This document shows positions 40,550 through 54,069 of a stretch of 64,000 bases of DNA, one piece after another; the first letter of the stretch is position 1; each line of letters begins with the position of its first letter. This DNA comes from Octopus sinensis (Eukaryota). The stretch lies in NCBI RefSeq assembly GCF_006345805.1, contig NC_043018.1:23808001-23872000 (forward strand). Direction: 5' to 3'. Under the pieces are notes generated by a model. It was not told where the DNA came from. It searched no databases and saw only the letters and a program-made list of their open reading frames with translations. The translations under genes and the position numbers were made by a program.

Positions 40550-41150
40550 AACAGAAAAGTTCCTAGAAGTGGTTAGTAGTAGTAGTAGTACAATAAACAC
40601 GACACCGACAAATGAACTAAAGCTGATATGGTGAGCTTCAGTCGACGATACTAGCAACAGAAACCACAAGAGAGAGTCTTTCTAAAGGTGAAAAACTTTT
40701 AAGAATGGACACTCACACAAATATATAGATGTGTACGTAATTATATACGTTAGCGCGCACGTACACATCTGTATGTGTTTGTTAGACAAATATAAACAAT
40801 ATATATAAAAAGGTGCAGGTAAATCTAAGAGTGTGAAGGTGGGGAACGACACACATACACACACACATTTTACTTCCATGTTTTCTGACTGATTACTATT
40901 ATTATTTACTCCTACACCCACACATGTCTAGACGGCTTCACAACTTGTGTCATGGATGAAATAATAACGTTCAGAAGAAAACAACAGTTACAAAAACCAC
41001 AAAAACTCCGGAGCTTGACGCGAAAGAGTTCGGTGTTTGTCGAAGAAAGAGAGAGAGAGAGACATTTTGACGCCTCTTCTGCTAATGGCTATATTATTAC
41101 AGCGAGAGGGCGGTAGGTTGGCAGAATCGGTAGAACGTCGGACAGAATGA
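40550..41150 (-). promoter_or_regulatory. CpG-rich candidate promoter / first-exon region of the TAB2-like gene
   Basis: Non-repeat sequence visibly richer in CG than the CpG-poor introns (GCGCGCACG, GACGCG, GTCGAC, GGGCGG). The minus strand has GGCGTCAAAATG followed by a CT tract. The exact TSS and donor are not resolvable. Confidence 0.4.
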
Positions 41151-41232
41151 CATGTGGGTATTAGTTACGTCCCCTTTACATCATAAGTTCAACTCCCGCT
41201 ATGATCCAATATACTTTTCTTTCTGGGGATCG

Positions 41233-41266
<34 letters not shown>

Positions 41267-41271
<5 letters not shown>

Positions 41272-44198
41272 CATACCCATCTAGGATGCGTTAAGGCAGT
41301 GGTTATCTACCATTTTTTTTGTCTATGGACCCCCTCTGATTCTTATATTACTCTATTGGACCTTCATAGCCATTCGATGCATATATATATATATATATAT
41401 ATATATCCCACTGTATTTGTATAATTAAATATTATTACAAACTGTATTTAAAAAAATTAAAATACTTTGTGTATTGTAGAAGTAACTTATTGCACATAAA
41501 CTTTAACAAGATCTTATATGGACCCCGGATTAGAACCACTGCTTTAGGGAGGGGTATTAGATCTTGAATTCAATATTTGACAAATATTTATTTTATGGGA
41601 CCCGGAAAAAATCATAAGTGAACGTCGTAATTTGAACTCAGAAGAAGATAAAATATCGATCAAATATTGATATTGATCAAGTAGTGATCGATACAATCAA
41701 TCGATTTAAACGCTTTCCTCTCTCGAAACATTTGTGGCTTTATACCTGAAGACGAAATCATTATTTAAGAACAATAATAACTGATTTCTAAGTCATACAC
41801 GTTACAAGATGGGTGGTGGAGTAAAATACAAAATACCATATTTAATCACGACCCGAGATCAAATCTGACATCGCCTTCCAACCAAACAAGAGTGAATAAA
41901 ATGGAAAACTAATTAAATATAGCAGTCAAATGACTGAAACAAGTAAAAAGGATAAGGGTATATCTACTAAAACCTATTCCATAAAATATATGAGAAGTTA
42001 TTCACAAACCAGTATTTACAAAGATTTTAAATTCAAAAAAATACCACTAATTGACTGGTGTCTTTATTTTATTGACCTCGAGAGTATAAAAAGGCAAAGT
42101 TGACCTCGACAGTATTTGAACTCTGAACGTCAGGAGCACTGACTAAAATCACGGCAGTCAGTCTAGTATAAATATATATGATTCTCTATGGTGTTGCAAG
42201 TTCTTTTTTGTTTGTTTTTTTTTGGTGGGGAGGGAGACATACATGTCATATGGGTGTATATATCCATGCATAAGTCCAATTATATATCTATATCTATATA
42301 TATATGCGCGCGTGGTATACGTAAATCCCATCTGTCAATGCACGTACGTAACCACTGATTTTTGCGTATCCATTATTGTTGTTTGTTGTCAATGCGTGTG
42401 TGTACGAATTACACGGGTATCTGTTTACTTCTCTCTGCCTCCTCACCTGTCAATCAGTGTGTATAATTCACTCCCACCACGATCCTTAATATCACCCACA
42501 TACAACACACAACACAAACTGTGTTTCTGTGTCAATGCGTGTTCAACCTACACCGACACACACACACACACAGACGAATAATAATACAAAACACGCACAC
42601 ACCTAATATATGTTTCTTCTCCATGTATGTCAATGCATGCGTGTTTACTGTGATTTGCAGATGTATTTCTGTGACGATGTCTTTGTGTGGATGTGCTAGT
42701 TAATACGTATTTTAATTCAACTATATATATTATATATATATATATAATTACATACCCATCTAGGATGCGTTAAGGCAGTGGTTATCTACCATTTTTTTTG
42801 TCTATGGACCCCCTCTGATTCTTATATTACTCTATTGGACCTTCATAGCCATTCGATGCATATATATATATATATATATATATATCCCACTGTATTTGTA
42901 TAATTAAATATTATTACAAACTGTATTTAAAAAAATTTAAATACTTTGTGTATTGTAGAAGTAACGTTTTGCACATAAACTTTAACAAGATCTTATATGG
43001 ACCCCGGATTAGAACCACTGCTTTAGGGAGGGGTATTAGATCTTGAATTCAATATTTGACAAATATTATTTTATGGGACCCGGAAAAAATCATAAGTGAA
43101 CGTCGTAATTTGAACTCAGAAGATGATAAAATATCGATCAAATATTGATATTGATCAAGTAGTGATCGATACAATCAATCGATTTAAACGCTTTCCTCTC
43201 TCGAAACATTTGTGGCTTTATACCTGAAGACGAAATCATTATTTAAGAACAATAATAACTGATTTCTAAGTCATACACGTTACAAGATGGGTGGTGGAGT
43301 AAAATACAAAATACCATATTTAATCACGACCCGAGATCAAATCTGACATCGCCTTCCAACCAAACAGAGTGAATAAAATGGAAAACTAATTAAATATAGC
43401 AGTCAAATGACTGAAACAAGTAAAAAGGATAAGGGTATATCTACTAAAACCTATTCCATAAAATATATGAGAAGTTATTCACAAACCAGTATTTACAAAG
43501 ATTTTAAATTCAAAAAAATACCACTAATTGACTGGTGTCTTTATTTTATTGACCTCGAGAGTATAAAAAGGCAAAGTTGACCTCGACAGTATTTGAACTC
43601 TGAACGTCAGGAGCACTGACTAAAATCACGGCAGTCAGTCTAGTATAAATATATATGATTCTCTATGGTGTTGCAAGTTCTTTTTTGTTTGTTTTTTTTT
43701 GGTGGGGAGGGAGACATACATGTCATATGGGTGTATATATCCATGCATAAGTCCAATTATATATCTATATCTATATATATATGCGCGCGTGGTATACGTA
43801 AATCCCATCTGTCAATGCACGTACGTAACCACTGATTTTTGCGTATCCATTATTGTTGTTTGTTGTCAATGCGTGTGTGTACGAATTACACGGGTATCTG
43901 TTTACTTCTCTCTGCCTCCTCACCTGTCAATCAGTGTGTATAATTCACTCCCACCACGATCCTTAATATCACCCACATACAACACACAACACAAACTGTG
44001 TTTCTGTGTCAATGCGTGTTCAACCTACACCGACACACACACACACACAGACGAATAATAATACAAAACACGCACACACCTAATATATGTTTCTTCTCCA
44101 TGTATGTCAATGCATGCGTGTTTACTGTGATTTGCAGATGTATTTCTGTGACGATGTCTTTGTGTGGATGTGCTAGTTAATACGTATTTTAATTCAAC
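41267..44198. repeat. Direct tandem duplication, ~1.48-kb unit x2
   Basis: Copy 1 at 41267-42721 and copy 2 at 42746-44198; (TA)n at all three boundaries; about 6 differences seen. Confidence 0.95.
41297..41541. mobile_element. hAT-type MITE (second copy at 42776-43020 inside the duplication)
   Basis: Ends CAGTGGTT...AACCACTG; degenerate 8-bp TSD CGTTAAGG/CTTTAGGG. Confidence 0.6.
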
Positions 44199-44337
44199 TA
44201 TATATATATATATATATATACATATATACATATTAATGTGAGTATACGTGCGCGCAGTGATTGTAACTATTCTATATCTGTGTCGAAAACTGTGTTTAAT
44301 GTATCCTCCAGTCGTATGCACATACAAACATATATAA

Positions 44338-44389
<52 letters not shown>

Positions 44390-44400
44390 TACATATATTT

Positions 44401-46010
44401 GTCTATGTGTGCGTGTGTGATGCTTTATGTATTTAAAAACTTATATATATATTATGTATATTATGTATATATACATACAGACACATAAATACATATACAT
44501 ATATAAATACATTTACACATATAAATACATAAATACATTTACACATATAAATACATATATAAATACATTTACACATATAATACATATATAAATACATTTA
44601 CACATATAGATACATATATATACACTATAATTTATACATGCATACACATTTTATATATATATATTATGTATATATACATACACACACAGATACACATATA
44701 TAAATGCACTTACACATATAAATAATATATACACATACACATATATAAATACATTTACACATATATACACTGCATAACTTATACACACGCTACACATACA
44801 TATTATACACGCATACACATTATATATATATATTATGTATATATATATATATATATCTATATATATATATATACATTATTGTCTATGTGTGCGTGTGTGA
44901 TGCTTTATGTATTTAAAAACTTATATATATATTATATATATATATATGTATATATACATACAGACACATAAATACATATATACATATATAAATACATTTA
45001 CACATATAAATACATAAATACATTTACACATATAAATACATATATAAATACATTTACACATATAAATACATATATAAATACATTTACACATATAGATACA
45101 TATATATACACTATAATTTATACATGCATACACATTTTATATATATATTATGTATATATACATACACACACAGATACACATATATAAATGCACTTACACA
45201 TATAAATAATATATACACATACACATATATAAATACATTTACACATATATACACTGCATAACTTATACACACGCTACACATACATATTATACACGCATAC
45301 ACATTATATATATATATTATGTATATATATATATATATATCTATATATATATATATATATATATACATATATTTGTCTATGTGTGCGTGTGTGATGCTTT
45401 ATGTATTTAAAAACTTATATATATATTATGTATATTATGTATATATACATACAGACACATAAATACATATATACATATATAAATACATTTACACATATAA
45501 ATACATAAATACATTTACACATATAAATACATATATAAATACATTTACACATATAAATACATATATAAATACATTTACACATATAGATACATATATATAC
45601 ACTATAATTTATACATGCATACACATTTTATATATATATTATGTATATATACATACACACACAGATACACATATATAAATGCACTTACACATATAAATAC
45701 ATATATACACATACACATATATAAATACATTTACACATATATACACTGCATAACTTATACACACGCTACACATACATATTATACACGCATACACATTATA
45801 TATATATATTATGTATATATATATATATATATATACACACACATAAATACATATATATATATATATATATACACACACATAAATACATATACACATACAC
45901 ATATATAAATACATAGATACATATATAAATACATATATACACTATAATTTATACACACGCTACACATACATATTATACACGCATACACATTATATATATA
46001 TATATATATA
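44401..46010. repeat. TA/CA-rich satellite, ~480-495-bp unit x3 plus a partial copy
   Basis: GTCTATGTGTGCGTGTGTGATGCTTTATGTATTTAAAAAC recurs at 44401, 44881 and 45375. Confidence 0.9.
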
Positions 46011-46160
46011 CACTTCTACACAGTGCTTGATTCTCTTTTTTTTTGTTGTTTTTTTTTAATTTGTTAATTAAGTAAATTCCAAACCGAGACGCAAGACTTG
46101 TAATAACAACAGTAACAGCGGAAGAGCTGAAAGAGACGAGATAACAATGGACGGGGAAGA

Positions 46161-46299
46161 ATGTCTTACCTAAGAAGAGTTTGCAGAAGTAAAACGGCTG
46201 ATGCTCCATCAAACATTAAAGCCAGCCACAGCAAAAAAAACTCCACGCAAAAGTTTTCAAGAATTTCTGTCATCCAACATCGACGATTTAACATGGCCG
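46161..46299 (+). CDS. Candidate first exon of an unidentified plus-strand gene
   Basis: CpG-rich unique sequence. AACATGGCCG|GTGAGT puts a strong-context ATG (46293) directly before a consensus donor. An upstream in-frame ATG at 46161 is open to the donor. No downstream exon was identified. Confidence 0.45.
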
Positions 46300-46330
46300 G
46301 TGAGTGTAAGCAGTGCGCATGCCTCGTGGA
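46170..46330 (-). other. Candidate minus-strand non-coding exon ending at a strong donor
   Basis: CTTCTTAG|GTAAGA on the minus strand, with the exon ending at 46170. The upstream boundary is unknown. Confidence 0.3.
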
Positions 46331-46437
46331 AAGGCTTCCGGTTCCAACTTCTTCAAAGAAAAACAACACAGCTAAACTTAGTATAAGGTGTTAGTGGATG
46401 TAATATATGCGTTTAAAATGCCACATAACTTCATGCA

Positions 46438-46470
<33 letters not shown>

Positions 46471-46478
46471 GTAAATAT

Positions 46479-46587
46479 ATTTATTTTATAGAAGGAGCTT
46501 CTACAGGACTAGAACTGTTTCATTCAAATGGATTTCATTTGAATGAAACAGTTCTAGTCCTGTAGAAGCTCCTTCTATAAAATAAAT
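46479..46587. repeat. Perfect palindrome, 52-bp arms, 5-nt loop
   Basis: Arms 46479-46530 and 46536-46587, checked base by base. Confidence 0.95.
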
Positions 46588-46968
46588 TAATTTACTCTGC
46601 AATGTATTGAGTACCTTATTTACTGTGGTTAACCCCGACTCAACCCGGGACCTACATACATATATATAAATATATATATATATATACATATATAATATAT
46701 ATGAGAGGAAAACAACTAGTCTCATCTCTCTGTAACATAGATGTATATACACATATATAATACACACATATAGATAGATATGGGGGTACAAACAGAATAA
46801 ATAGAAATCAATATATCAGTAAATATATTTTCTATTAATATTCAGCAGAAGAAACAGAGTGACTCAAGGGCCGAAAGTTTCACGCATTAACACTTATCAA
46901 TAAGTGCCAACGCACGAAACTATCGCCCCTTGAGTCACTCTGGTACTTCTGTGTTTCTCTCTCTCCAT

Positions 46969-47010
<42 letters not shown>

Positions 47011-47367
47011 CATTTAACGTCCAATTTCCTGTGCTTGCATGAGTTGGACAGAGTTTAGAGGAGATTTTCCACGGCTGGATGCCTTTCCTGTCTCCAACCT
47101 TCACCAGTTACCCCAGCAAGTAAACATTTCTCCTATGGCCAGACATGTTCTTGCAGAATATTGGAAATGAATGATACTGTTTTTTGATAGCGACTATCAT
47201 TTACTACTGTCACTCAATGTCAATACAAAGATACACACACATATACAAGTAATAATTCTAATTTTAATATACATCTGGTAGGATGCCTTTTAAAGCATGC
47301 TCAATATCTATGGGTGCTTGATATCATCAATAATATGGATATAAGTACCACTGGATTCAAGGGTGTG

Positions 47368-48005
47368 CACTAGCGTAGCTGGGGGCAGGGGCAACACTTT
47401 TCATCCTGTTGTAGGCTATAAGCCAAAATAGATTATATTGAAATAGTAGGGTATATAGGCGTAGGAGTGGCTGTGTGGTAAGTAGCTTACTTACCAACCA
47501 CATGATTCCGGGTTCAGTCCCACTGCGTGGCACCTTGGGCAAGTGTCTTCTACTATAGCCGTGGGCCGACCAAAGCCATGAGTGGATTTGGTAGACGGAA
47601 ACTGAAAGAAGCCCGTCGTATATGAGTATATATATGTACATGTGTATATGTTTGTTTGCCTGTGTTGTCCCCCCCTCCCCAACATCGCTTGACAACCGAT
47701 GCTGGTGTGTTTACGTCCCAGTAACCTAGCGGTTCGGCAAAAGAAACCAATAGAATAAGTACTAGGCTTACAAAGAATAAGTCCTAAAAATGAATAAGAC
47801 TAAAAAAAGGCGGTGCTCCAACATGGCCACAGTCAAATGACTGAAACAAAAGAGTAAAGAGTATGTGATAATTCCTGATGTTACATAAAAAAAACTCCTG
47901 GAAATGCAAGACTTTTGGGTTTGCTGTAGGTAATATGTTTTTGTGGGGTCCGGGGACAACAAATGGAAGGGCTGCCCTGGGTGGCACACTCTAGCTATGC
48001 TAGTG
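47368..48005. mobile_element. MITE interrupted by a SINE
   Basis: TIRs CACTAGCGTAGCT / AGCTATGCTAGTG (12/13); SINE-A inserted at ~47457-47860. Confidence 0.55.
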
Positions 48006-50929
48006 GAGGCATATATTCTAGGTGTGCTATGTGTGCACTGCACTCGCACGGTAAATGGCAAATTTATTGTAAATATTAACCTCACTCATTAATTTAATCA
48101 CAAACCTTAATGGAGATGTGAGGTATATTTGCCATCTCAATATGGCTAACCACTAAGGGTGGGTGTTACTGTAGCTTGTAGCCCCAGGAGAACATCTCCT
48201 CCAGCTGGCTTTAGGCACACTTTCTGTGCCTTATTGTATTTGCAAAGGGAGGTCATCCTTCCCTCGTCAACCTAAGTGATACCCACGGACTGCAGTTTCT
48301 AGGTATTCTTTTGTTATAACCCTACTTGAAATTGGGTGTGGCAGCATACACAATACAACAGCCACTGACTGGATTCTGTATCGTGATCTCCTCAGTATGT
48401 TACCAGCTGCAGGTAAATAAATGTATTATAGTCAAAATAAGCGAAACCAGGTTTAATGAGTGAGGTACCTTTTGAAAAATCACCTGATGAGACACATCTG
48501 CATCACAACGAGATGTACAGAATCTCACCTGTGAGGGACCGATGCACGATGGGTCAAAATGATCATAATGATTAATAAAGAATCTCATGAATATCATTTT
48601 CTCTTTCTTTTATGTGTGTGTGTGTGTGTGTAAAGGTAAGATCCAAGGATCAAAGTGTGGGAAGTTAGTAAGCTTCAAGCAGTCTGTAGAATGTATAACA
48701 ATAAAACTTTCAGGAACTTTAGTGGTTTATTGACATAGAGGGTTACTCTTTTTACTCTTACTCTTTTACTTATTTCAGTCATTTGACTGTGGCCATGCTG
48801 GAGCACGCCTTTAGTCGAGCAAATCAACCCCAGGACTTATTCTTTGGAAGACTAGTACTTATTCTATCAGTCTCTTTTGCTGAACTGCTAAGTTACGGGG
48901 ATGTAAACACACCAGTATCAGTTGTCAAGTGATGTTGGTGGGGACAAACACAGACACACAAAACACACACACAAATATATATATATATATATACATATAT
49001 ATGATGGGCTTCTTTCAGTTTCTGTCTACCAGATCCACTCACAAGGCTTTGGTCAGCCCGAGGCTATAGTAGAAGACACTTGCCCAAGGTTCCACGCAGT
49101 GAGACTGAACCCAGAACCATGTGGTTGGTAAGCAAGCTACTTACCACACAGCCACTCCTGTAAATTTTTCCGATATCAAAGTTTGATAAGCTGAAAAAAA
49201 GTTATTTTATAGTTCATGGTTAGCAACTGCGGTTGCTGTATATGCAAATAAAAATCCAAATTTAGGGAATGGAGAAGGCTAGCTAAGAAACATGGAGCTT
49301 GAATTTTATCTACTCCATTCCCAAAATTTGGATTATATATGTAGAGTAAAACGGTAAAGACCCCCTTCAATCATGTATGACCAATAGATAGTTCTCTAAA
49401 AAGTTCTCTTCTGAAGCACAAGTCTGGGCAAGGTTGTTTATGGAAGACCAGCAGTCGCCCATGCATACCGGCATCCACTCTCCATGCCACCAATGTTATC
49501 CAAGGGAAAGGCAAAGGTTGATACAGCTTGGCACCAGTGACATTACAACTCATTTCTACAGTTGAGTGAACAGGAGCAATGTGAAATAAGTGACTTGCTC
49601 AAGAACATAACACAGCCCAGTCCAGGAATCAAACTCACTACCTCATAATTGTGTTAGCCTGATACTCTAACCACTGAGCTATGATATGTGTGTATATGTG
49701 TGTGTGCGTGTGTGTAATAGGTTTCTGTCTACCAAATCCACTCACAAGGCTTTGGTTGGCCTGGGTATTTGTAGAAGACACTTTCCCAAAATTCCACACC
49801 CAACCACAGTGGGATTAAACGTATTGTGGTTGGGAAGCAAAATTCTTATCCCACTGCCACACCTGCATTTGCCTTAATACACACACACACACACACACAT
49901 GCATGTACATATATATCAACATCATCATTGAACATCTGCTTTCCATGCTGGCATGGGTTGGACAGTTTGATAGGGTCTGACAGGTGAGAGGACCTGCATT
50001 ATGCTCAAGTATTTTGACATAGGTTTCTACAGATGTATACCTTTTCCTCATACCAACTATTCAACCAAGCATACAGAGTGTTTTTTGTTTTTTTCTGTGG
50101 ATGGTACTAATCAGGGTCAGAATAAATCTGGGGACAAGGGTGGCTATGAGGTGCTTTTAACCCACCTCAAAACCGTAGAGCTCCTGAGCCAAGGTCCCGG
50201 AACTGAGTACAGTTTAAAGTCATAGCCAAGACACCATTGGTGGGAGATCTTTGCCTTTCATCCTTTCGGGGTCGATAAGTTAAGTACCAGTGAAACACTG
50301 GGGTCGATATTATCGACTTAATTCTTTTGTCTGTCCTTGTTTGTCCCCTCTATGTTTAGCCCCTTGTGGGTAATAAAGAAACAGATATAGTTGTGAAAGG
50401 GTCGTAGGGGAGAGAGTAACAGTCTAAACACTGTTGGAAGAGGAAGTATGCAAAAAGAAAGGGAAGGGATTAGGTAAGCTGACAAGGATTAAGTAACAAT
50501 GATGGACCAATGCAGTGTTACATACATAGGATGGGAAAGGTGGAGTGTGTGGGGGGTCTTCATAGTTTGCAAGTGTCGTAGGTGGTGGGGAGATAAGGGA
50601 TGGAGAGATAAGATGATTGAAATGAATGGGGAGATGGACGAAAGAGAGGAAATCAGCAGATGGATAAGTGATGGGGCCAGGAGTGCAAAGGGTGACAGCA
50701 AAAATAGGTTTACCAGGATACATATATCATCATCATCATCATCAACATCATCATCATAACCAAATGTCCACTTTTCCATGCTTGCATTGGTCGGATGGAA
50801 TTTGTTGAGGTGGATTTTCTACAGCAAGATGCCCTTCCTGTCACCAACCTTCACCTGTTTCCAAGCAAGGTAACATTCCTTGTGTCCAGATGGAAGATTG
50901 GAAACAAAGGACACCACTTGCATAGCTCC

Positions 50930-52540
50930 CTTCTTCGTTAACACGCCACTCAGATATCAGAACTTCTCCCAAGTTCATCTCCTTTTCTAGCCTTTGTTAT
51001 TGATTCTAGTCCACCTTCCTCATTCACCATATCTCCAAGGTAACAAAATATTATCATGCAATTTTCAAAATCTAGCTCAACAGTTACTCCATCTGCAGCT
51101 CATTTCATACACATCTTACACTTAAATGTAGCCACTACATTACTTAATAACCCTCTTACAATACTACATTTGCAATAGGCCCATCCAACACATATTTACT
51201 CGAAATGAAGTTTACACCAACTCCATTGCATGCATGCTTCACATGGCCACTTCCCTATTCTTTCCACTTCACATACATAATCACCTGCTATTACTGTCCT
51301 ACCTTTTACTTCAATATATTTCTTCTACCTGTTCATATTCTTCAGGCTATCCATTTTCTTGCTATTAAATCCAAATCATCTATATGTGATGTCTCTCAAG
51401 GTGAACACACCTTTACACTTCCAACCAATATCTTTCTCACAAGTACAACTAGCAATGAGCTTGACACAAATCCATGATGCATTTCAACCTTCACTTCAAA
51501 TTCACTGTTCCTGTCCTGCCCTTTGATTTTATGACTGTGCATGCTCTCTAATACATCATCAGTACTCTAACCAGCTATTCCTAATTTTTTCAATACCCAT
51601 GTCACCACTTTACATGGAACCCAATCAAAAGCTTTCTCCAGGTCAATAAACCCAAGAAACAACTTCTTCCTTCTGTGCCTGTATTTCTGTATCTGTCTTA
51701 CAATAAAAATTACATCAGCTCTTTTCTTCTTGGCATAAATCCAAATTGTATTTCATCAATCTTCACTTTTTCCCTTATTTTCTTCTCTAACACTCTTTTT
51801 TCCATTCCATTATCTAATATACCAGCAACAGTCTAGGGGGTAACCTTTCTTTTTAGTACAGAGGAATGAGTGCTCAACACCCAATTCACTGGAATGCAGT
51901 CTTTCACCACCAACTGACAGATCTCTGTCATTTTCTACATATTCAAATTTCCTGCTGCCTTTAACATACCTCCCAAAACTTCTGTAGGCACTCCTGCTTT
52001 TCCATTCTTCACTATTCTTATTGCTTCCTCAACCAAATTATCTTCATTATTCACAGCCAATAACCTATCATTATATCTCTTCTGGATCTACAATAATTTA
52101 CCCCACTTCCTCCTTCAGGCATCCCACAGTTGTCACCTCACATCTTCTTTTACAACAGTTTTGCAATCTTAAATACTTTTCTCTGATTTTCTGCAAAAAC
52201 CATATTCTCCAAAACATTTTACTCTGTACCAGCTGCATCAATGCTACTTCTCTGCAGCATTCTTGGATACCTTACAACTTTTATGAGTTGCTTCTTCTGC
52301 TACCACAATCCTTACTTGTTACTATTCTCTAGTCCAGGTGTACTCAGCCATTTTTTTACCTATAGACCTTCTGATTACTATTTTATTCTGATCTTCTTCA
52401 GTACAGCAAGGCACCAGGTACCTCAGTCCTTTGTCGTTTCCTTCATAAGGCTCAGTGTCCTGAGATTGGCCTTCAGTATTTTGTCCCATGCCTTCCTGGG
52501 TCTCCCTCTTCCACTAGTTCCATTCGCTGTAAGCAGTTAG
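50930..52540 (-). mobile_element. Heavily decayed RTE reverse transcriptase region
   Basis: DLEKAFDWVP motif near 51640 on the minus strand; PRKAWDKILKANL near 52490. Confidence 0.6.
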
Positions 52541-52559
52541 CACTTTTTTTATGTAACAA

Positions 52560-52830
52560 ACTTATTCATTTCCCAAAATTAATGTATGCAACAAACAACA
52601 GGAGTCCAAGAACAAATCCTTGTGGTACACCAGATGTCATCACATAAGGTGAAGAATGCTGTCCTAAAACCATAACTACCTCTTCTTGACCAAAGAATGA
52701 AGGACTTCAACCAGTTCTAGAGATCATCTTTCACACCCTTTGCTGAGAGTTTGGCCATAAGTCACTTTCTGTGTCACAGAAATTGAAGGCTTTAGCAAAG
52801 TCGAAATAGATAGCATCCACCCATCAGCTG
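52560..52830 (-). mobile_element. CR1-like RT fragment
   Basis: DAIYFDFAKAF...SGVPQGFVLGLLLFVAYIN. Confidence 0.7.
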
Positions 52831-54069
52831 CCATCAGTGATTATTATTATAATTTCAAAATAAAGAAATGAATTTAACAGTGAATCTGTACACAATTTCA
52901 AAAGAAATATAAATCCACACTGACTCTCACGCAATGTAGTATAAATTCTGTTTTCTTATTTACAGAGAGGAAAAGAGGGGATTTGTTGTTCTTCAACTTG
53001 AAAGATGTTATCTTTTTCAACTAATTAATTTCTTTTCATTTTTATGATGTGTGTGTGTGTGTGTGGTGTGTGTGTGTGTGTGTTTGTGTGTGTTTAAACA
53101 TATATGTATATATATATGTGTGTGTGTGTGTATACATATATATGTATATGCATACATAAAGTTAATCCAAATATGAAAACACAAAGAGAAAACACAACAA
53201 TGCAAGGATGTGGAACAAGTATAGTGTTATTGGATGCTCAGGAAAGGAAAGAAAGAAGGAGGATTTAATGTTTTGAGTGGAGCTCTTCATCAGAAACATA
53301 GGAAAAGGAAAGATCCAAGGAAGGGAAAACGGAAGAAAAAAATCGCCAACGATACAGGCGCAGGAGTGGCTATGTGGTAAGTAGCTTGCTAACCAACCAC
53401 ATGGTTCCGGGTTCAGTCCCACTGCATGGCATCTTGAGCAAGTGTCTTCTGCTATAGCCTCGGGCCGACCAAAGCCTTGTGAGTGGATTTGGTAGACGGA
53501 AACTGAACGAAGCCTGTCGTATATATGTATATATATATATATATATGTATGTATGTGTGTGTATATGTTTGTGTGTCTGTGTTTGTCCCTCTAGCATTGC
53601 TTGACAACCGATGCTGGTGTGTTTACGTCCCCGTCACTTAGTGGTTCGGCAAAAAAAAAGACCGATAGAATAAGTACTGGGCTTACAAAGAATAAGTCCC
53701 GGGGTCGATTTGCTCGACTAAAGGCGGTGCTCCAGCATGGCCGCAGTCAAAATCACTGAAACAAGTAAAAGAGAGAGTATACATATATTTATTTGTGTCA
53801 CTTTCAATATTATTTTAAACATTCGTCTTTTATTTTCTCTTTATATATATTATTGTTATATATTTCAGTTTCTTGTAATTTTTTGAGTTCCTTTTTATTT
53901 ATTTATTTATTTGGTATTTATATCATTTTAGTAAGTTTTCTTCATCTTTTTCTTTTCTTCTTTCTTTTTATTTTATTTTATTTTATTTATTTATTTATTT
54001 TTTATGTTTGTTAAATTGTGATGCTTTCTGGCTTTCCTGATTATTGTTATTCTTCTGGGAGTGGAGAGC

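Noticed and set aside
42222-44180. Identical 119-aa and 60-aa ORF pairs as duplicated genes
   Set aside because: They are low-complexity C/V/Y-rich translations of TG/CA-rich DNA inside the tandem duplication.
46147-46299. MDGEECLT*EEFAEVKRLM...LTWP as a gene with an in-frame stop rescued by editing or readthrough
   Set aside because: It needs double A-to-I editing of UAA or readthrough, with no homology support. The AACATGGCCG|GT frame explains the exon more simply.
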